Notes: generated by a model not told the origin, from the letters alone. A DNA stretch of 64,000 nucleotides from Desulfatiglandales bacterium (GCA_963666345.1 OY762721.1:288001-352000), one strand, 5' to 3'; numbered from the stretch's first letter, positions 19,811 to 31,313 are shown. Translations and numbers: made by a program.

Positions 19811-21090
19811 CTTGTACCGGGCCGAATATAATCGATACCGCCCATATAAGGTCTCAATGCTTCGGGGATTTCAACGGTTCCGTCAGGCTGCTGGTAGTTT
19901 TCAAGTATCGCGACCAAGGTCCTGCCCACCGCAAGCCCGGATCCGTTAATGGTGTGAACCAATTCGGTTCCCTTGCCGCCCTTTTTCTTAAAACGGATTC
20001 CCGCCCGCCTTGCCTGAAAATCGACAAAGTTGCTGCAGGAAGATATCTCTCTGTACAGCCCCTGCCCCGGCAACCAGACCTCAAGGTCATAGGTCTTTGC
20101 CGAAGAAAACCCCAAATCACCGGTACAAAGGGTTACGACACGGTAGGGTAGACAGAGACGTTTCAATACCTGTTCAGCATTACCGGTAAGCCGTTCCAGC
20201 TCTTCGTAGGAGGACTCAGGATTACAAAACTTGACCAGTTCCACCTTATTAAACTGGTGTTGTCTTATAAGACCTCTAGTATCCTTTCCGTAAGACCCGG
20301 CCTCTGATCTGAAGCACGGGGTGTATGCCACATAGTATAAAGGCAGGTCATCATCTGAAAGGATCTCTTCCCTGTGGATGTTCGTTACGGGAACCTCTGC
20401 TGTAGGGATCAGAAAAAGGTCCCATCCGTCTATCTTGAAAAGGTCTTCCTTGAACTTGGGAAGTTGACCTGTTCCGGTCATGGATGCCGAATTCACAAGA
20501 AACGGGGGAAGAACCTCAAGATAGCCATGTTCCCCGGTATGCAAATCAAGCATGAAATTAATAAGAGCCCTCTCAAGTTTTGCTCCCATCCCTCGGTATA
20601 ATGCAAATCTTGCCCCTGCAAGTTTTGCTGCACAGGAAAAATCAAGGATCCCCAGATTTTCACCGATCTCCCAGTGAGGCAGCGGCTCGAAATTCATCTC
20701 CCTGATCTCCCCCCAGGTCCGTATCACGGGATTATCTTCATCCCCCTTTCCGACCGGAACCGAATCATCAGGCATATTGGGTATAATCATCAAGAGACTT
20801 TCAAGCTCGGCAATACATTGAGACAGTTCTTTCTCCTTTTCCTTGATCAGGGATGAGACCTCCTTCATTTCAGAGATTACAGAAGAGGCGTCCTGGCCCG
20901 ACTTTTTCATTGAGGCGATCTGTTCGTTCACCTTGTTTCTTCGATGCCGCAGATCCTCAAGAAAGGAAAGCCCGTCACGCCTCTGTTTGTCCAGAGACTC
21001 AAATCCCGAGAGATCCAAATCGTAGTTTCTGTTTTTTACCATATTTTTGATGCCATCCAGATTGGATCTGGCGAATTTAAGATCAAGCAT
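19807..21090 (-). CDS. serS: Serine-tRNA ligase
   Basis: MLDLK N-terminus, [44 protein letters not shown]. Confidence 0.98.
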   Translation of the reverse strand: MLDLKFARSNLDGIKNMVKNRNYDLDLSGFESLDKQRRDGLSFLEDLRHRRNKVNEQIASMKKSGQDASSVISEMKEVSSLIKEKEKELSQCIAELESLLMIIPNMPDDSVPVGKGDEDNPVIRTWGEIREMNFEPLPHWEIGENLGILDFSCAAKLAGARFALYRGMGAKLERALINFMLDLHTGEHGYLEVLPPFLVNSASMTGTGQLPKFKEDLFKIDGWDLFLIPTAEVPVTNIHREEILSDDDLPLYYVAYTPCFRSEAGSYGKDTRGLIRQHQFNKVELVKFCNPESSYEELERLTGNAEQVLKRLCLPYRVVTLCTGDLGFSSAKTYDLEVWLPGQGLYREISSCSNFVDFQARRAGIRFKKKGGKGTELVHTINGSGLAVGRTLVAILENYQQPDGTVEIPEALRPYMGGIDYIRPGTR

Positions 21091-21540
21091 ACACTTCTCC
21101 TTGCAATGTTTATGATTTCAACCGGACCCAGCAGCTTCAAAAGGCTTCCCCGAATCCGCCGGTTGTTCCGGATCGTCCTCATTTTGTCGCGCGCTTCCGG
21201 GCATATCATTTTACCTGATAAAAGAATCCGGAGAGATGCCGATACAGTTCGATCGTCATGAACCATACAGGGATTCGCCATATCTTTCAATAGTAGATAT
21301 CAATTTTATATCCGATCCGCACCCCGAATCCACCGTCTAATTCAAATAGGCACGAAGATAAAAGGATTTTGTGCACCTGGGCTCACGCTGCCCCTTTTCT
21401 TCAATCCTATCTGTAAATGGCCTCTCCTTCTTAAAAAACCCTTTGATGTTTCAATTTCAAGCCAATATAATGATACAGGAAATCGGTTCAAATTAGATAA
21501 AAGAGTCAAAAAGACCTTAAGCAGGAGGTAACTCCAGGGC

Positions 21541-22596
21541 ATGTCCTTTCTTTTTGTCGGCTCCACAGGGGACAATGCGGGCCAGAGCCTTTTTACCTGG
21601 GCCCTTGCAAAAAGATTCACGCAAAAAGGTGCCTCGGTGGGCTTTTTAAAGCCCTTTGGTTCCAACCGGGTGAAAATCGACGGCCGATGGGTGGATCGGG
21701 ACGCCATCCTGTTCAAAGACTTCCTCAACCTTGATGTCCCCCTTGATACTCTATGTCCCCACCCTTTCGTTGAAGACGATATCAAAGAACCTCAAAAGAT
21801 CCTTGAACGGATAGAGGCTGTGGCTCATGAGCTGTCTGTTGAAAAAGACATTATCCTTGTCATGGGTTGTTCGCATATTTTTTTCGATAAAAACATGAAT
21901 AATGTGAACGACATATCGATAGTCAATAGGCTCAATGCCGACTTCATCCTTGTCAACAGATATTACAGTGTCTCAAGCTCCCTTTACTCAATATTTTCCG
22001 TTTGTTCAATGCTGGAGAGGACCAGCGGCATATTGATCAACAGGGTACCGGAAGCGGACATGAGAGAGGTGGAGGAAAAAATGGCACCTCTTCTCAAGGC
22101 CAAAGGTCTTCCGGTCACGGCGGTCGTGCCGGAGAAGGCGGCCCTGTCACTTCTTTCCGTTGAAGAGATAAGAAGGCGTCTGGCAGGTGAGATATTGTCC
22201 GGAAAAGGAAAACTGGAAGGGCCTGTCACAGGCATGACCGTGGGATCATCCGACCTTTCAGACGAACTGCGCATTTTCAAAAGGGTCTATAACAAAATCA
22301 TACTGCTGGGCCCGCACGATAAGGCTCTCGGCGTTGGCAACAGCCATGTCACTCGCCCCATTGCCGGGATTGTAATTACAGGGGGGATAAAACCGGCCCA
22401 AAAGATATCCGACCTGGCGGAGAAAAACGCCATACCTCTGATTCTTGCAAATAACGATACATTTTCAGCACTTAACCTCCTCGATAAAACCTCATCATCT
22501 CTGTCTGCAAAGGACGAATCAAAGCTGGATCATTTTATTGAACTTCTGGATAAAACAGAAGCCTTTGAAAATCTCCTGCACCTCCCGATCGTTTGA
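21541..22596 (+). CDS. Phosphotransacetylase N-terminal-like protein (BioD-like P-loop plus DRTGG-like domain, no catalytic PTA domain)
   Basis: FVGSTGDNAGQS, VGFLKPFG, GILINRVP, GIVITGGIKP...IPLILANNDTF; SD AGGAGG. Confidence 0.75.
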   Translation: MSFLFVGSTGDNAGQSLFTWALAKRFTQKGASVGFLKPFGSNRVKIDGRWVDRDAILFKDFLNLDVPLDTLCPHPFVEDDIKEPQKILERIEAVAHELSVEKDIILVMGCSHIFFDKNMNNVNDISIVNRLNADFILVNRYYSVSSSLYSIFSVCSMLERTSGILINRVPEADMREVEEKMAPLLKAKGLPVTAVVPEKAALSLLSVEEIRRRLAGEILSGKGKLEGPVTGMTVGSSDLSDELRIFKRVYNKIILLGPHDKALGVGNSHVTRPIAGIVITGGIKPAQKISDLAEKNAIPLILANNDTFSALNLLDKTSSSLSAKDESKLDHFIELLDKTEAFENLLHLPIV

Positions 22597-22652
22597 AGTT
22601 CATCAGACAGGGTAAAGAATCTCCAATCTAAACCGGAGAACGACCTTCCCGT

Positions 22653-23018
22653 TCAACCTATCGTATCTGTTATTATTGAAAGGAGCTTTTCAGGAGAAAT
22701 CGGTTTTGAAAGGAAGAGGTTTGCGCCCACATCCAGACCGAGTGCCCTGTCCTCTTCCCTGCTTTTGGCCGTAAGGAAAACAATCGGAGTATCTCCGCAC
22801 TCATCCTTTTCCCTTATTCTTCTGCATAGCTCAAATCCATCCATCTCCGGCATTATTATATCCAGCATCAAAAGATCGTATCCCTTCTTCTGCAGCTTTT
22901 CCAACGCCTCGACTCCACTCTTCACGGTCTGGACATCATAACCCTCCGGCTTCAGTAGTTCATCAAGGGCCATGAGGACCATTTCATCGTCATCAACAAT
23001 CAATATGCTTTTTGCCAT
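22653..23018 (-). CDS. Single-domain response regulator
   Basis: LIVDDD, MLDIIMP, FLTAK, LSKP. Confidence 0.92.
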   Translation of the reverse strand: MAKSILIVDDDEMVLMALDELLKPEGYDVQTVKSGVEALEKLQKKGYDLLMLDIIMPEMDGFELCRRIREKDECGDTPIVFLTAKSREEDRALGLDVGANLFLSKPISPEKLLSIITDTIG

Positions 23019-23019
23019 C

Positions 23020-25830
23020 TTAATACTCCTTTTCTTCTCTTTTGGCCGGAATAATGACTATAACCTCCGTACCCTTGCCTTTCCGGCTCTTTATCTCGAT
23101 TCTGCCGCCATGAGCCTCAATGATACCGTAACACAGCGACAGCCCCAGACCGGTACCCTTTCCGACAGGTTTGGTGCTGAAAAACGGTTCGAACAACTTA
23201 TGAAAATTCTCTTTGTCAATTCCGATTCCGGTATCTTTGAAAGAAACCGCTATCAATGTGGCATCATCCTCTTTTATCGAGTAACTCCTTATGTTAAGCC
23301 CCCTTTCCCCTTTTATTTCATCCATCGCATCCCTTGCGTTTGAAATGAGGTTCAGGAATACCTGTTCAAGCTGATTCGAATCCGCCATTATTACAGGCAG
23401 GTCACCGGAAAGGTCTTTTACCACCGAGATGCTGTGATTTATCAACTGCTGCCCTGTTATAAGAAGCGCCTTTTCTACCGGCACATTAATATCCAGTTCC
23501 TGAAATAACGGCTTTGTCTGTCTTGAAAACTCCCTGAGGTGTTCAACTATCTTTTCTATGCGGTCATTGCACTCCTTTATCAGCTCAAGCCTTTCTCGGT
23601 CGCCGGATTCAAGGAGGCTGTTTTTCAATATTACATAAAGGATGGTCTTTGACGCCATCAGAGGGTTGTTCAGTTCATGGGCGACTCCTGCGACAAGCTC
23701 TCCAAGCGCCCTCATCCTCGAGGCCTCAAAAAGCCTGACCTGCGCAGCCTTTAATTTTTGTTCAAGTATGGTCTTTTCGGTAATATCCTTGAATATTCCC
23801 GCAGTACCTATCAGCTGGTTGTCTTCATCTCTCAACTGGAAAAGGGATGTCAATATGGAAACGATGCCGCCGTCCTTTTTATTGACCTGCATTTCATAAT
23901 TCTCAGCCCTCTCGGCAGCCTTCAGATAGGTCACTATATCCCTTGCCTCATCCATGCCCCTTGTATAGATATACGATACATGCCTGCCCAGGACCTCCTT
24001 GCGGCTGAAACCGAGTATCTCTTCCATTGCCCGATTCATATATGTGATATTTCCCTTTAGATCGGCGGTCACGATCCCGTCCACAGAGCTTTCCATTATA
24101 TTTTCCAGGAATTCCTTGGTCTCTCTCAACTCCCTTTCAAGACCCTTCCGCTGAGTAAGGTCCCTGTCTATCTCTACAAATCCGGTAGTCTTGCCTGTAC
24201 GGTCCTTTATGGCTGTAATGGTCGTATGAGCGGGGAAATATTCACCATCCTTTCTCACCCTGACCATTTCCTGCTCGCATAACCCCTCGTGCCTGGTGCT
24301 TGCCGACATCTCTGCCTGAACTCCGCGCGCGACCTCTTCAGGCAGGATGGTTATAGCAATATTTTCTTTTCCGAGAAGTTCCTCCTTTTTCCACCCATAG
24401 ATCTTTTCAGCACCCTTGTTGAATTCGATTATCTTTCCATAAAAGTCCAAGGCTATTATGGCATATTCGGTGGCGCTGTCCAGGATGCTGTTGAGGAAAC
24501 GGGAAAGGTCCCTGTATTTTTCCCTTGATTCCTTCAGCTCCTGGGTCCTGTCCTCGACAATCCTTTCAAGATCCGACGTATAATGCTGAATCTGGGAGAT
24601 CATCCTGTTGAAAGACCTGCCCAGCATCCCTATCTCATCCTCACTTCGAACCTTGACACGCAGGGAAAGATCTCCACCAGCCATCCTGGTGGTTACTTCG
24701 GTCAAATCCTGTATCGGTCCTGTAAGGACCTTGGAGACCGTCACGGTCAAAAGCACAACAAGGACCAGAGAGGCCATGCCTACGAGAAAGATAAACTGCT
24801 CCGTTTCATAGAGGGAGTGATAGATCTCCTCTTCGTATGTGCCTGCGGCGATTATCCAGTCCCATGGTCTGAAATAGGTATATTTGTTTATCTTCTGTCT
24901 CGCCCCTTTTTCACCCAGTTCAGGATTTACCCATGGATACCTTATCGTACCCACTTCACCGTCAAGGAGCGACCTGGAATCCTCTACAACCGCCTTGATA
25001 TATTCAAAGCCTGAAGAATCCCTCGATTCAAGGATGGAATCGCCCTCTTTGGCCGGGTGGACCTTCAGGATGCCCTTGCTGTCCATTATGTACACATAGC
25101 CTGTCTCACCCACCCGTATCTGCTTTATCTCTTCTTTGAGCGAGTGAGCGCTCTGCTCCTTAACTCCCACGTAAAGGGCACCTATGACTTCCCCCTTGCT
25201 GTTTTTGATCGGTTCATAAGCCGCTATATACCAGTCATCCACGACAAACGCCCTTCCACGGTAAGGATACCCTTTCACGATTGCTCTTGCCACAGGACTT
25301 TCTCGGGGGATATAGGTTCCGATCCCTCTTTTACCCTCCTTGTCTATTACATTTGTCGATATTCTCAGAAGACAATCATCTTCTATCCGCTGAAATACGG
25401 TGCATGTTCCTCCGACAAGTCTCTGTACCTCGTCGACAAATGCATCGCTTTTCGTAATCTTCAGACCGCCCAGATTCCAGGCCGGCACCATAACCTTATG
25501 GGACTTCTTGGAAAACTGATTCACCGCATTGAAGCTGACCATTTCATTAATATCTATCTGAATTTCACTGCCGCGGAGAGATAAGAGTTCTTTTGCGACA
25601 TTGAGGTCGGAGATTACCTTTTTTTGAATCATCTCCTGCTGAATCTTACACATGGAATAGATATTTCTTACCAGATGCTCGAGGTTTTCTTCCGAAGTAC
25701 GCCTCAGGGCCTTGCCGAAGCGGTTCATGGATAGATGGGCGACGCAAAGGAGTGGAAGCAGGACCACAAGGATGGTCACACTTATCACTTTTGCTCTAAT
25801 TCTCCAGTTGCGGAGGGGGGGAATAATCAT
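23020..25830 (-). CDS. Membrane sensor histidine kinase (Cache-type periplasmic region, HAMP, 2 PAS, HisKA, HATPase)
   Basis: Two TM segments flank GGTCTVFQR...GYVYIMD...WDWIIAAGTY (Cache-like); DEIGMLGRSFNRM HAMP; GVAHELNNPL; GTGLGL. Confidence 0.92.
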   Translation of the reverse strand: MIIPPLRNWRIRAKVISVTILVVLLPLLCVAHLSMNRFGKALRRTSEENLEHLVRNIYSMCKIQQEMIQKKVISDLNVAKELLSLRGSEIQIDINEMVSFNAVNQFSKKSHKVMVPAWNLGGLKITKSDAFVDEVQRLVGGTCTVFQRIEDDCLLRISTNVIDKEGKRGIGTYIPRESPVARAIVKGYPYRGRAFVVDDWYIAAYEPIKNSKGEVIGALYVGVKEQSAHSLKEEIKQIRVGETGYVYIMDSKGILKVHPAKEGDSILESRDSSGFEYIKAVVEDSRSLLDGEVGTIRYPWVNPELGEKGARQKINKYTYFRPWDWIIAAGTYEEEIYHSLYETEQFIFLVGMASLVLVVLLTVTVSKVLTGPIQDLTEVTTRMAGGDLSLRVKVRSEDEIGMLGRSFNRMISQIQHYTSDLERIVEDRTQELKESREKYRDLSRFLNSILDSATEYAIIALDFYGKIIEFNKGAEKIYGWKKEELLGKENIAITILPEEVARGVQAEMSASTRHEGLCEQEMVRVRKDGEYFPAHTTITAIKDRTGKTTGFVEIDRDLTQRKGLERELRETKEFLENIMESSVDGIVTADLKGNITYMNRAMEEILGFSRKEVLGRHVSYIYTRGMDEARDIVTYLKAAERAENYEMQVNKKDGGIVSILTSLFQLRDEDNQLIGTAGIFKDITEKTILEQKLKAAQVRLFEASRMRALGELVAGVAHELNNPLMASKTILYVILKNSLLESGDRERLELIKECNDRIEKIVEHLREFSRQTKPLFQELDINVPVEKALLITGQQLINHSISVVKDLSGDLPVIMADSNQLEQVFLNLISNARDAMDEIKGERGLNIRSYSIKEDDATLIAVSFKDTGIGIDKENFHKLFEPFFSTKPVGKGTGLGLSLCYGIIEAHGGRIEIKSRKGKGTEVIVIIPAKREEKEY

Positions 25831-25977
25831 TTCATCAAGGGGAAAATCCCGCTGCCGATTAAAGAGTCTGTTTTAAGCGCAATTCCGCCCTAGACAGGGC
25901 AGTTGAACCTTTTGTAAAACACCTGTTATTAAAACACATGCGGACCCTTATGCAAAGCTTTATCTTAAATACCGAAA

Positions 25978-26784
25978 TCAGAATACCGGATCGGGAAAGG
26001 TTACCATCGCTCTGGGCTTATCAACCATGCGATACATCACAGGTGACACCCAACCATCTTCCAGGACTTCATCTTCCAACTGTTCAAGGATCTGATCATG
26101 GATGGCCCAACTCCTCCCTCTCACGGTTTGGGCAAATTGGGGCATCCTGAAAGGAGATCCCCCATCAAGCCTGTTGTGGAGTTTTCCACCCGGCTGAAAC
26201 AATTCGTTGATCTTCATCATCTGGGGGTAGCCGCTCAAATAACCGAATCCATATCTTTCATAGACAATGGCATTGTGGTAGAATAAGGCCTCAAGCCTGA
26301 TGCTCTTGATGTCGAACATTCTGCAGAACGATTCCAATACGTTTATGACCTCGCCGGTGATCCTCAATCCCTTTCTGGTCTGGCCGGGGCAGAGCCCCTG
26401 TTCCATCGCCCTTTGCTCTTCAGCAATGTTCCTGGAAGCCCATCCGAACATGGTGTCCCTCCCCTCCTCGTCCACATTTGTATTATACCTTTCTGATCCA
26501 GGATCATTTACGATAAGGAAATCCCAGTCGATCCGGGTAATATCCGAGGTATCTGAAATCTGTATTGAATATAAAGGATCTTCCATCGCCTTAAGGGAGA
26601 TTTCTACCAGGCAGGTACTGTCTCCGTGGGGAGAAAAGAATCTGACCACCTTTTCCCCTGTTATATCGCGGAGGCTCACCGGATCGATCGAAAACCGGCG
26701 GTAAAGGGACGGGGGAAGCAGGATCCTGTAGATACCCAGCTTATCAGACAAGGAACTTCGGCTTATTCTATTTATCCATGCCAT
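25978..26784 (-). CDS. Hypothetical protein with GNAT-like motifs; candidate protein lysine acetyltransferase
   Basis: PGQTRKGLR (motif-A-like) followed by a helix, a strand and ALFYHNAIVYERYGF (motif-B-like); divergent from acuC. Confidence 0.6.
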   Translation of the reverse strand: MAWINRISRSSLSDKLGIYRILLPPSLYRRFSIDPVSLRDITGEKVVRFFSPHGDSTCLVEISLKAMEDPLYSIQISDTSDITRIDWDFLIVNDPGSERYNTNVDEEGRDTMFGWASRNIAEEQRAMEQGLCPGQTRKGLRITGEVINVLESFCRMFDIKSIRLEALFYHNAIVYERYGFGYLSGYPQMMKINELFQPGGKLHNRLDGGSPFRMPQFAQTVRGRSWAIHDQILEQLEDEVLEDGWVSPVMYRMVDKPRAMVTFPDPVF

Positions 26785-27054
26785 CTTTGGTCCGCTCCCT
26801 TTCTATTTTCATTAAACGATTTCCCGAATTATGTCAAAAGAAAGAATTTATGCAAATATCAACCAATAAGAAACGATATTTTCTATTGACCTCTAATATA
26901 GCCCTCTGTTAATCTTGCATGCATTAAAATTTATCATAAATAATAATCAGTTCTGTTTATAGCACAATCAATGAGACAGTGAGCATCCACCATAAAATGA
27001 ACGGGTAAGCGGAAACAGCCTGTACAGCAAAAGGCGGTAAAGGGGGTATCGGCA

Positions 27055-28212
27055 TTGGAGCAGGTGGATGTCCGAAGAACCGGATCTGTATTTATCTATT
27101 CGGAAGAAATGGGCTGGTTTGATTTCGGTCCTGACCATCCTTTTAAACCTGAGAGGGCCACAAAAACCTTTGATCTTTGCACCAGGTATGGGGTCATGAA
27201 TTACCCCTGGATGAAGATCATAGAGCCTGAGCCACTCAATCCCGACCTATTAGGACTCTTTCACGGATCAAAATATCTCTCCCTGCTTGAAGATGCGAGC
27301 AGAGGCAATATAAGGCTTGAGATGCTTGAGAGGGGGCTGGGTACCGCAGACAACCCAGTGCTGCCAAGGATATATGAGTGGTCTCTTATGGCTGCAGGAG
27401 GAACATGCAGGGCCGCAAACGATATCATGAACGGCGACGCCCTTGTCGGGTTCAATCCTCTCGGGGGATTCCATCACGCCATGCCCGATAATGCAGAGGG
27501 TTTCTGCTACATCAATGATATTGTAACCTCAATAATGTTTTTACTTAAGACAAGAAAAGAGCAGAGGATAGTATATCTTGATTTTGACGCCCATCATGGA
27601 AATGGGGTCCAGGAGGCCTTTTACGGTGATCCAAGAGTCCTGTTCATGTCCCTGCATGAAACCGGCAGAGAGCTTTACCCATGGTCAGGGTTTGAAACGG
27701 AGACAGGGACGGGAAAAGGTAGAGGGTATAACGTAAACATACCGCTTGAACCGGGCACGGACGACGAGGTCTATTCCTATGTATGTGAAGAAGCGGTTTA
27801 TCCCCTTATCAGATCCTTTTCACCCGACATGATCTTTGTCCTTCTGGGGGCCGACACCCTCGTCTCCGACCCGCTTACTCACCTCAAACTTACCAATAAC
27901 GGTTACCAGAGCGCGCTGAAAGGTATAATAGATATATGCCCCAGGATTCTCGGACTGGGAGGGGGGGGGTATGATCTCTACAGGACTGCCAGGTGCTGGA
28001 CGCTCGCATGGTCCATTCTCAACAGGGTGGTTCCCAAGGACGAATTTGCAGGGCTTGTGGGAGGCATGATGTTCGGACCGGAGATGGAGGTCGGAAGCCT
28101 TTACGACCACCCATACCAGAGCGAAGGTGAAGTCAAGGAAGTCGCTTTCAGGGAAGCCCGGAGGGTGGTCGAATTCATAAAAAAGGAAATCTTTCCGTTT
28201 TACGATCTATAG
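27055..28212 (+). CDS. acuC: Zn-dependent HDAC-family deacetylase, AcuC-like
   Basis: HPFKPER, GGFHHA, GFCYIND, DFDAHHGNG, GAD...DPL, GGGGY. Start codon uncertain. Confidence 0.9.
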   Translation: MEQVDVRRTGSVFIYSEEMGWFDFGPDHPFKPERATKTFDLCTRYGVMNYPWMKIIEPEPLNPDLLGLFHGSKYLSLLEDASRGNIRLEMLERGLGTADNPVLPRIYEWSLMAAGGTCRAANDIMNGDALVGFNPLGGFHHAMPDNAEGFCYINDIVTSIMFLLKTRKEQRIVYLDFDAHHGNGVQEAFYGDPRVLFMSLHETGRELYPWSGFETETGTGKGRGYNVNIPLEPGTDDEVYSYVCEEAVYPLIRSFSPDMIFVLLGADTLVSDPLTHLKLTNNGYQSALKGIIDICPRILGLGGGGYDLYRTARCWTLAWSILNRVVPKDEFAGLVGGMMFGPEMEVGSLYDHPYQSEGEVKEVAFREARRVVEFIKKEIFPFYDL

Positions 28213-28235
28213 ATTTTACCGGGACTCATCTGCAT

Positions 28236-28808
28236 TCAGACCCTCACGCCCAGGGGCAGCATCGTCCTGCCATATACCTCGTTTAGTACCTGCGCCACAG
28301 CTGCATAGATGGCGGAAAAACCGCAGAAGATCCCTTCCCATCCGGCAAGGATCCCTATGACCCTGCTGCCGGTGATGTGGTGAAGGGCAAGCAGCCAGAA
28401 AAGCAGGGACAGAGAAAGGAATATCGTTTGAAGCGCCCTGTTGAGTTTCAAGGTACCGATAAACATGCAAAATGTGAAAAGCCCCCACATGAACAGATAC
28501 CAGCTGAAAGATACGTTGCTCTGTTTGACCTCCCACCATCCCAGATTAGCGAAAACCAGCAGGAATACGAGTGTCATCCAGAAAAGGCCGAACGAACAAA
28601 AGGCCGTCGTACCGAAGGTATTTCCTTTTCTGAATTCCATTACACCGGCGATTATCTGTGCAAAGCCTCCATAGAATATCCCCATTGCGAGTATCATGGT
28701 ATCAAGGGGATAGAAACCGGCATTGTGGATATTGAGAAGCACGGTGGTCATTCCGAATCCCATAAGCCCCAGCGGGGCAGGATTTGACAGCGAATCTGAT
28801 TGGGCCAT
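28236..28808 (-). CDS. satP: Acetate uptake transporter (GPR1/FUN34/YaaH family)
   Basis: [18 protein letters not shown] signature; GNTFGTTAF; six TM helices. Confidence 0.95.
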   Translation of the reverse strand: MAQSDSLSNPAPLGLMGFGMTTVLLNIHNAGFYPLDTMILAMGIFYGGFAQIIAGVMEFRKGNTFGTTAFCSFGLFWMTLVFLLVFANLGWWEVKQSNVSFSWYLFMWGLFTFCMFIGTLKLNRALQTIFLSLSLLFWLLALHHITGSRVIGILAGWEGIFCGFSAIYAAVAQVLNEVYGRTMLPLGVRV

Positions 28809-28892
28809 TAGTTCACCTCCTGATGAGATAGGTACAGAAGCGGACTGCTCTCATTTTCATATGATTTTTCTCAAGTTCAGATCGAGCTGATT

Positions 28893-28929
28893 ATCCCGGC
28901 CCTCCGGTTTTAGTGAGAAGCCGGGATAT
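28893..28929. terminator. Stem-loop between acs and satP
   Basis: TATCCCGGC...GCCGGGATA inverted repeat; no strong U-tract. Confidence 0.4.
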
Positions 28930-28955
28930 TGATTAAAACCGCCTTCCTTGAGCCT

Positions 28956-30935
28956 CTACTGTCTTCCTGATACCAGACTTTCCACTACATCCGGATCCGC
29001 AAGAGTGGAGGTATCACCCAGTTCGTCGATATGACCTTCCGCTATCTTTCTAAGAATTCTCCTCATGATCTTGCCGCTTCTCGTCTTTGGAAGCGCCTCG
29101 GTAAAATGCAGTTTGTCGGGAGAGGCGATCGGACCTATCTCCTTTCTCACATGAGCGACAAGTTTCTTTTTCAGCTCATCGCTGGGCTCATAGCCATTCT
29201 TAAGGGTCACAAAGGCATAAATCCCCTGCCCCTTTATCTCATGAGGAAATCCCACCACCGCGGACTCCGCTACGGCGGCATGGGCCACGAGCGCGCTTTC
29301 TACCTCGGCGGTTCCCATCCTGTGACCCGAAACATTTATGACATCATCCACCCGGCCCATGAGCCAGAAATAACCATCCTCGTCTTTTCTGGCTCCATCC
29401 CCTGAAAAATAGTACCCGGGATAGTCTTCAAAATACTGCTTCTTGAATCGTTCAGGGTCGCCGTAAACCGTACGCATAAATCCCGGCCACGGTTTTTTTA
29501 TGCACAAATGGCCTCCCTCATTAACATCGCATTCGGTACCGTCCTGCCTCAAAATCACCGGTTCAACACCGAAAAACGGCACCGTCGCCGATCCCGGCTT
29601 CATAGGCATTGCCCCTGGAAGTGACGCGATCAGGTGCCCCCCCGTCTCGGTCTGCCACCAGGTATCCACAATGGGACACCTTTCCTTCCCGACAACCTTG
29701 TAATACCACATCCATGCCTCGGGATTGATCGGCTCACCAACGCTGGCAAGGAGCCTGAGACTGCTCAGGTCCCTTTTGTTGACCCACTCATCGCCGTTTC
29801 GCATTATCGCGCGGATTGCGGTCGGTGCCGTATAAAATACATTTACACTGTAACGCTCGACCACCTCCCAGAAACGGTCCGGCTCAGGATAGTTGGGAAC
29901 CCCTTCAAACATCAAAGAGGTTGCCCCCAGGGCTAGCGGCCCATATACGATATAGCTGTGGCCAGTAACCCAGCCGATATCCGCCGTGCACCAGTACACA
30001 TCTTCATCTCTTAAATCAAAGACATATTTCACGGTAAGCATTGTGAAAAGCAGGTACCCGGCCGTTGTGTGAAGTACTCCTTTAGGTTTTCCGGTGCTGC
30101 CGCTGGTGTACAGGATAAAAAGAGGATCCTCGGAATCCATCGGTTCCACTTCACATTTGTGTGAGGCGCCTTTCATAAGCTCATCCCACCAGTAATCCCG
30201 GCCTGATACCATTTCAGTATCCTTGTCGATCCTCCTTACCACAACGCAGTTCTTCACACCTGGACAAGCCTTAAGCGCTGTGTCCGCGTTCTTTTTTGTG
30301 TCGAGGACCCTGCCTGAACGGTACCCGTAGTTGCAGGTGATTATCGTTTCCGCCTTGCAGTCCAGTATCCTGTCCTTCAGGGCATCAGCGCTGAATCCGC
30401 CGAACACCACACTATGGATAGCGCCGATGCGGGCGCATGCGAGCATGGAGATCGACAACTCAGGGATCATTGGCAGATAAATGGACACGCGGTCACCTTT
30501 TTTTACTCCAAGCCCTTTGAGCACATTGGCAAACTTGCAGACCTCCCGGTGAAGCTCCTGATACGTATAAGTGCGTGAATCTTCCAGAGGCTCACCCTGA
30601 AAAATAAGAGCGGCCTTGTTTTTTCTCCATCCCCCAAGGTGGCGGTCAAGGCAGTTATAACAGGCATTAAGCTTGCCCCCTGCAAAATATCGCAGAAAGA
30701 TGTCATCCCTGAAACTGTACTGTTCAACAGGACCGTCCCATTTGACAAACCAGTCGAGATTTTCTTGCGCCATCTCACCCCAGAATCCTTCAGGATCTTC
30801 GATAGACTTCCTGTAAAGGACCTCATACTCTTTCATAGTCTTTACCCGCGACTTGGCCACAAAATCCTGAGGTGGTTCAAATATCCGCTTTTCCGCATAT
30901 ACCGATTCCATCCTGTTCGTAGTTTGTTCGGCCAT
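28956..30935 (-). CDS. acs: Acetyl-CoA synthetase (AMP-forming)
   Basis: [48 protein letters not shown] (contains the acetylatable Lys). Confidence 0.97.
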   Translation of the reverse strand: MAEQTTNRMESVYAEKRIFEPPQDFVAKSRVKTMKEYEVLYRKSIEDPEGFWGEMAQENLDWFVKWDGPVEQYSFRDDIFLRYFAGGKLNACYNCLDRHLGGWRKNKAALIFQGEPLEDSRTYTYQELHREVCKFANVLKGLGVKKGDRVSIYLPMIPELSISMLACARIGAIHSVVFGGFSADALKDRILDCKAETIITCNYGYRSGRVLDTKKNADTALKACPGVKNCVVVRRIDKDTEMVSGRDYWWDELMKGASHKCEVEPMDSEDPLFILYTSGSTGKPKGVLHTTAGYLLFTMLTVKYVFDLRDEDVYWCTADIGWVTGHSYIVYGPLALGATSLMFEGVPNYPEPDRFWEVVERYSVNVFYTAPTAIRAIMRNGDEWVNKRDLSSLRLLASVGEPINPEAWMWYYKVVGKERCPIVDTWWQTETGGHLIASLPGAMPMKPGSATVPFFGVEPVILRQDGTECDVNEGGHLCIKKPWPGFMRTVYGDPERFKKQYFEDYPGYYFSGDGARKDEDGYFWLMGRVDDVINVSGHRMGTAEVESALVAHAAVAESAVVGFPHEIKGQGIYAFVTLKNGYEPSDELKKKLVAHVRKEIGPIASPDKLHFTEALPKTRSGKIMRRILRKIAEGHIDELGDTSTLADPDVVESLVSGRQ

Positions 30936-31141
30936 TTCAATCCCCCTGTTTTAATTTGAGATGCAGTTGGGAAATCACCCCTTAATTATTTATGGCTGTC
31001 AATCAGTATTGAATGATCCGGATGTATGTTTCCCCGGATCCCGGCCATCCGGTCCGTAACATGAAAAACCTGACAGCGATAAACAGGCATATTCTCGGAC
31101 ATGCTCTTGGACATGCCTGCAATCAGGCTTCAGTGATTATA

Positions 31142-31207
31142 ATTAGATATTAAGAAACCGAGGATGTCTATCAGGACAATCCTGTTTTTCAGGTAGGGAG
31201 TTTTACC
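31142..31207 (-). promoter_or_regulatory. Putative acs promoter with adjacent inverted-repeat activator boxes
   Basis: Minus strand TAGACA-N17-TCTAAT; IR CAGGA-CAA-TCCTG (31172-31184) abuts the -35; a second imperfect IR GGTAGGGAGTTTTACC lies at 31192-31207. Confidence 0.45.
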
Positions 31208-31313
31208 GGTCGGAACGTTTGAATCGCTCCGGTAAAACATGAGAGTCAATAAGATTTTAGCTCATATATTCAGGATGTTAGACTTATGCTTAAGCCTTTT
31301 TATTTAAGATATC

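Noticed and set aside
19807..21090. serS as part of a selenocysteine system
   Set aside because: An ordinary housekeeping SerRS in a serS-pbp-glmS unit; no sel genes or tRNA-Sec seen in the window.
26851..26865. Sigma-54-like TGGTTGATATTTGCA (minus strand) before the GNAT-like gene
   Set aside because: GG-to-GC spacing is 9 nt, not the required 10.
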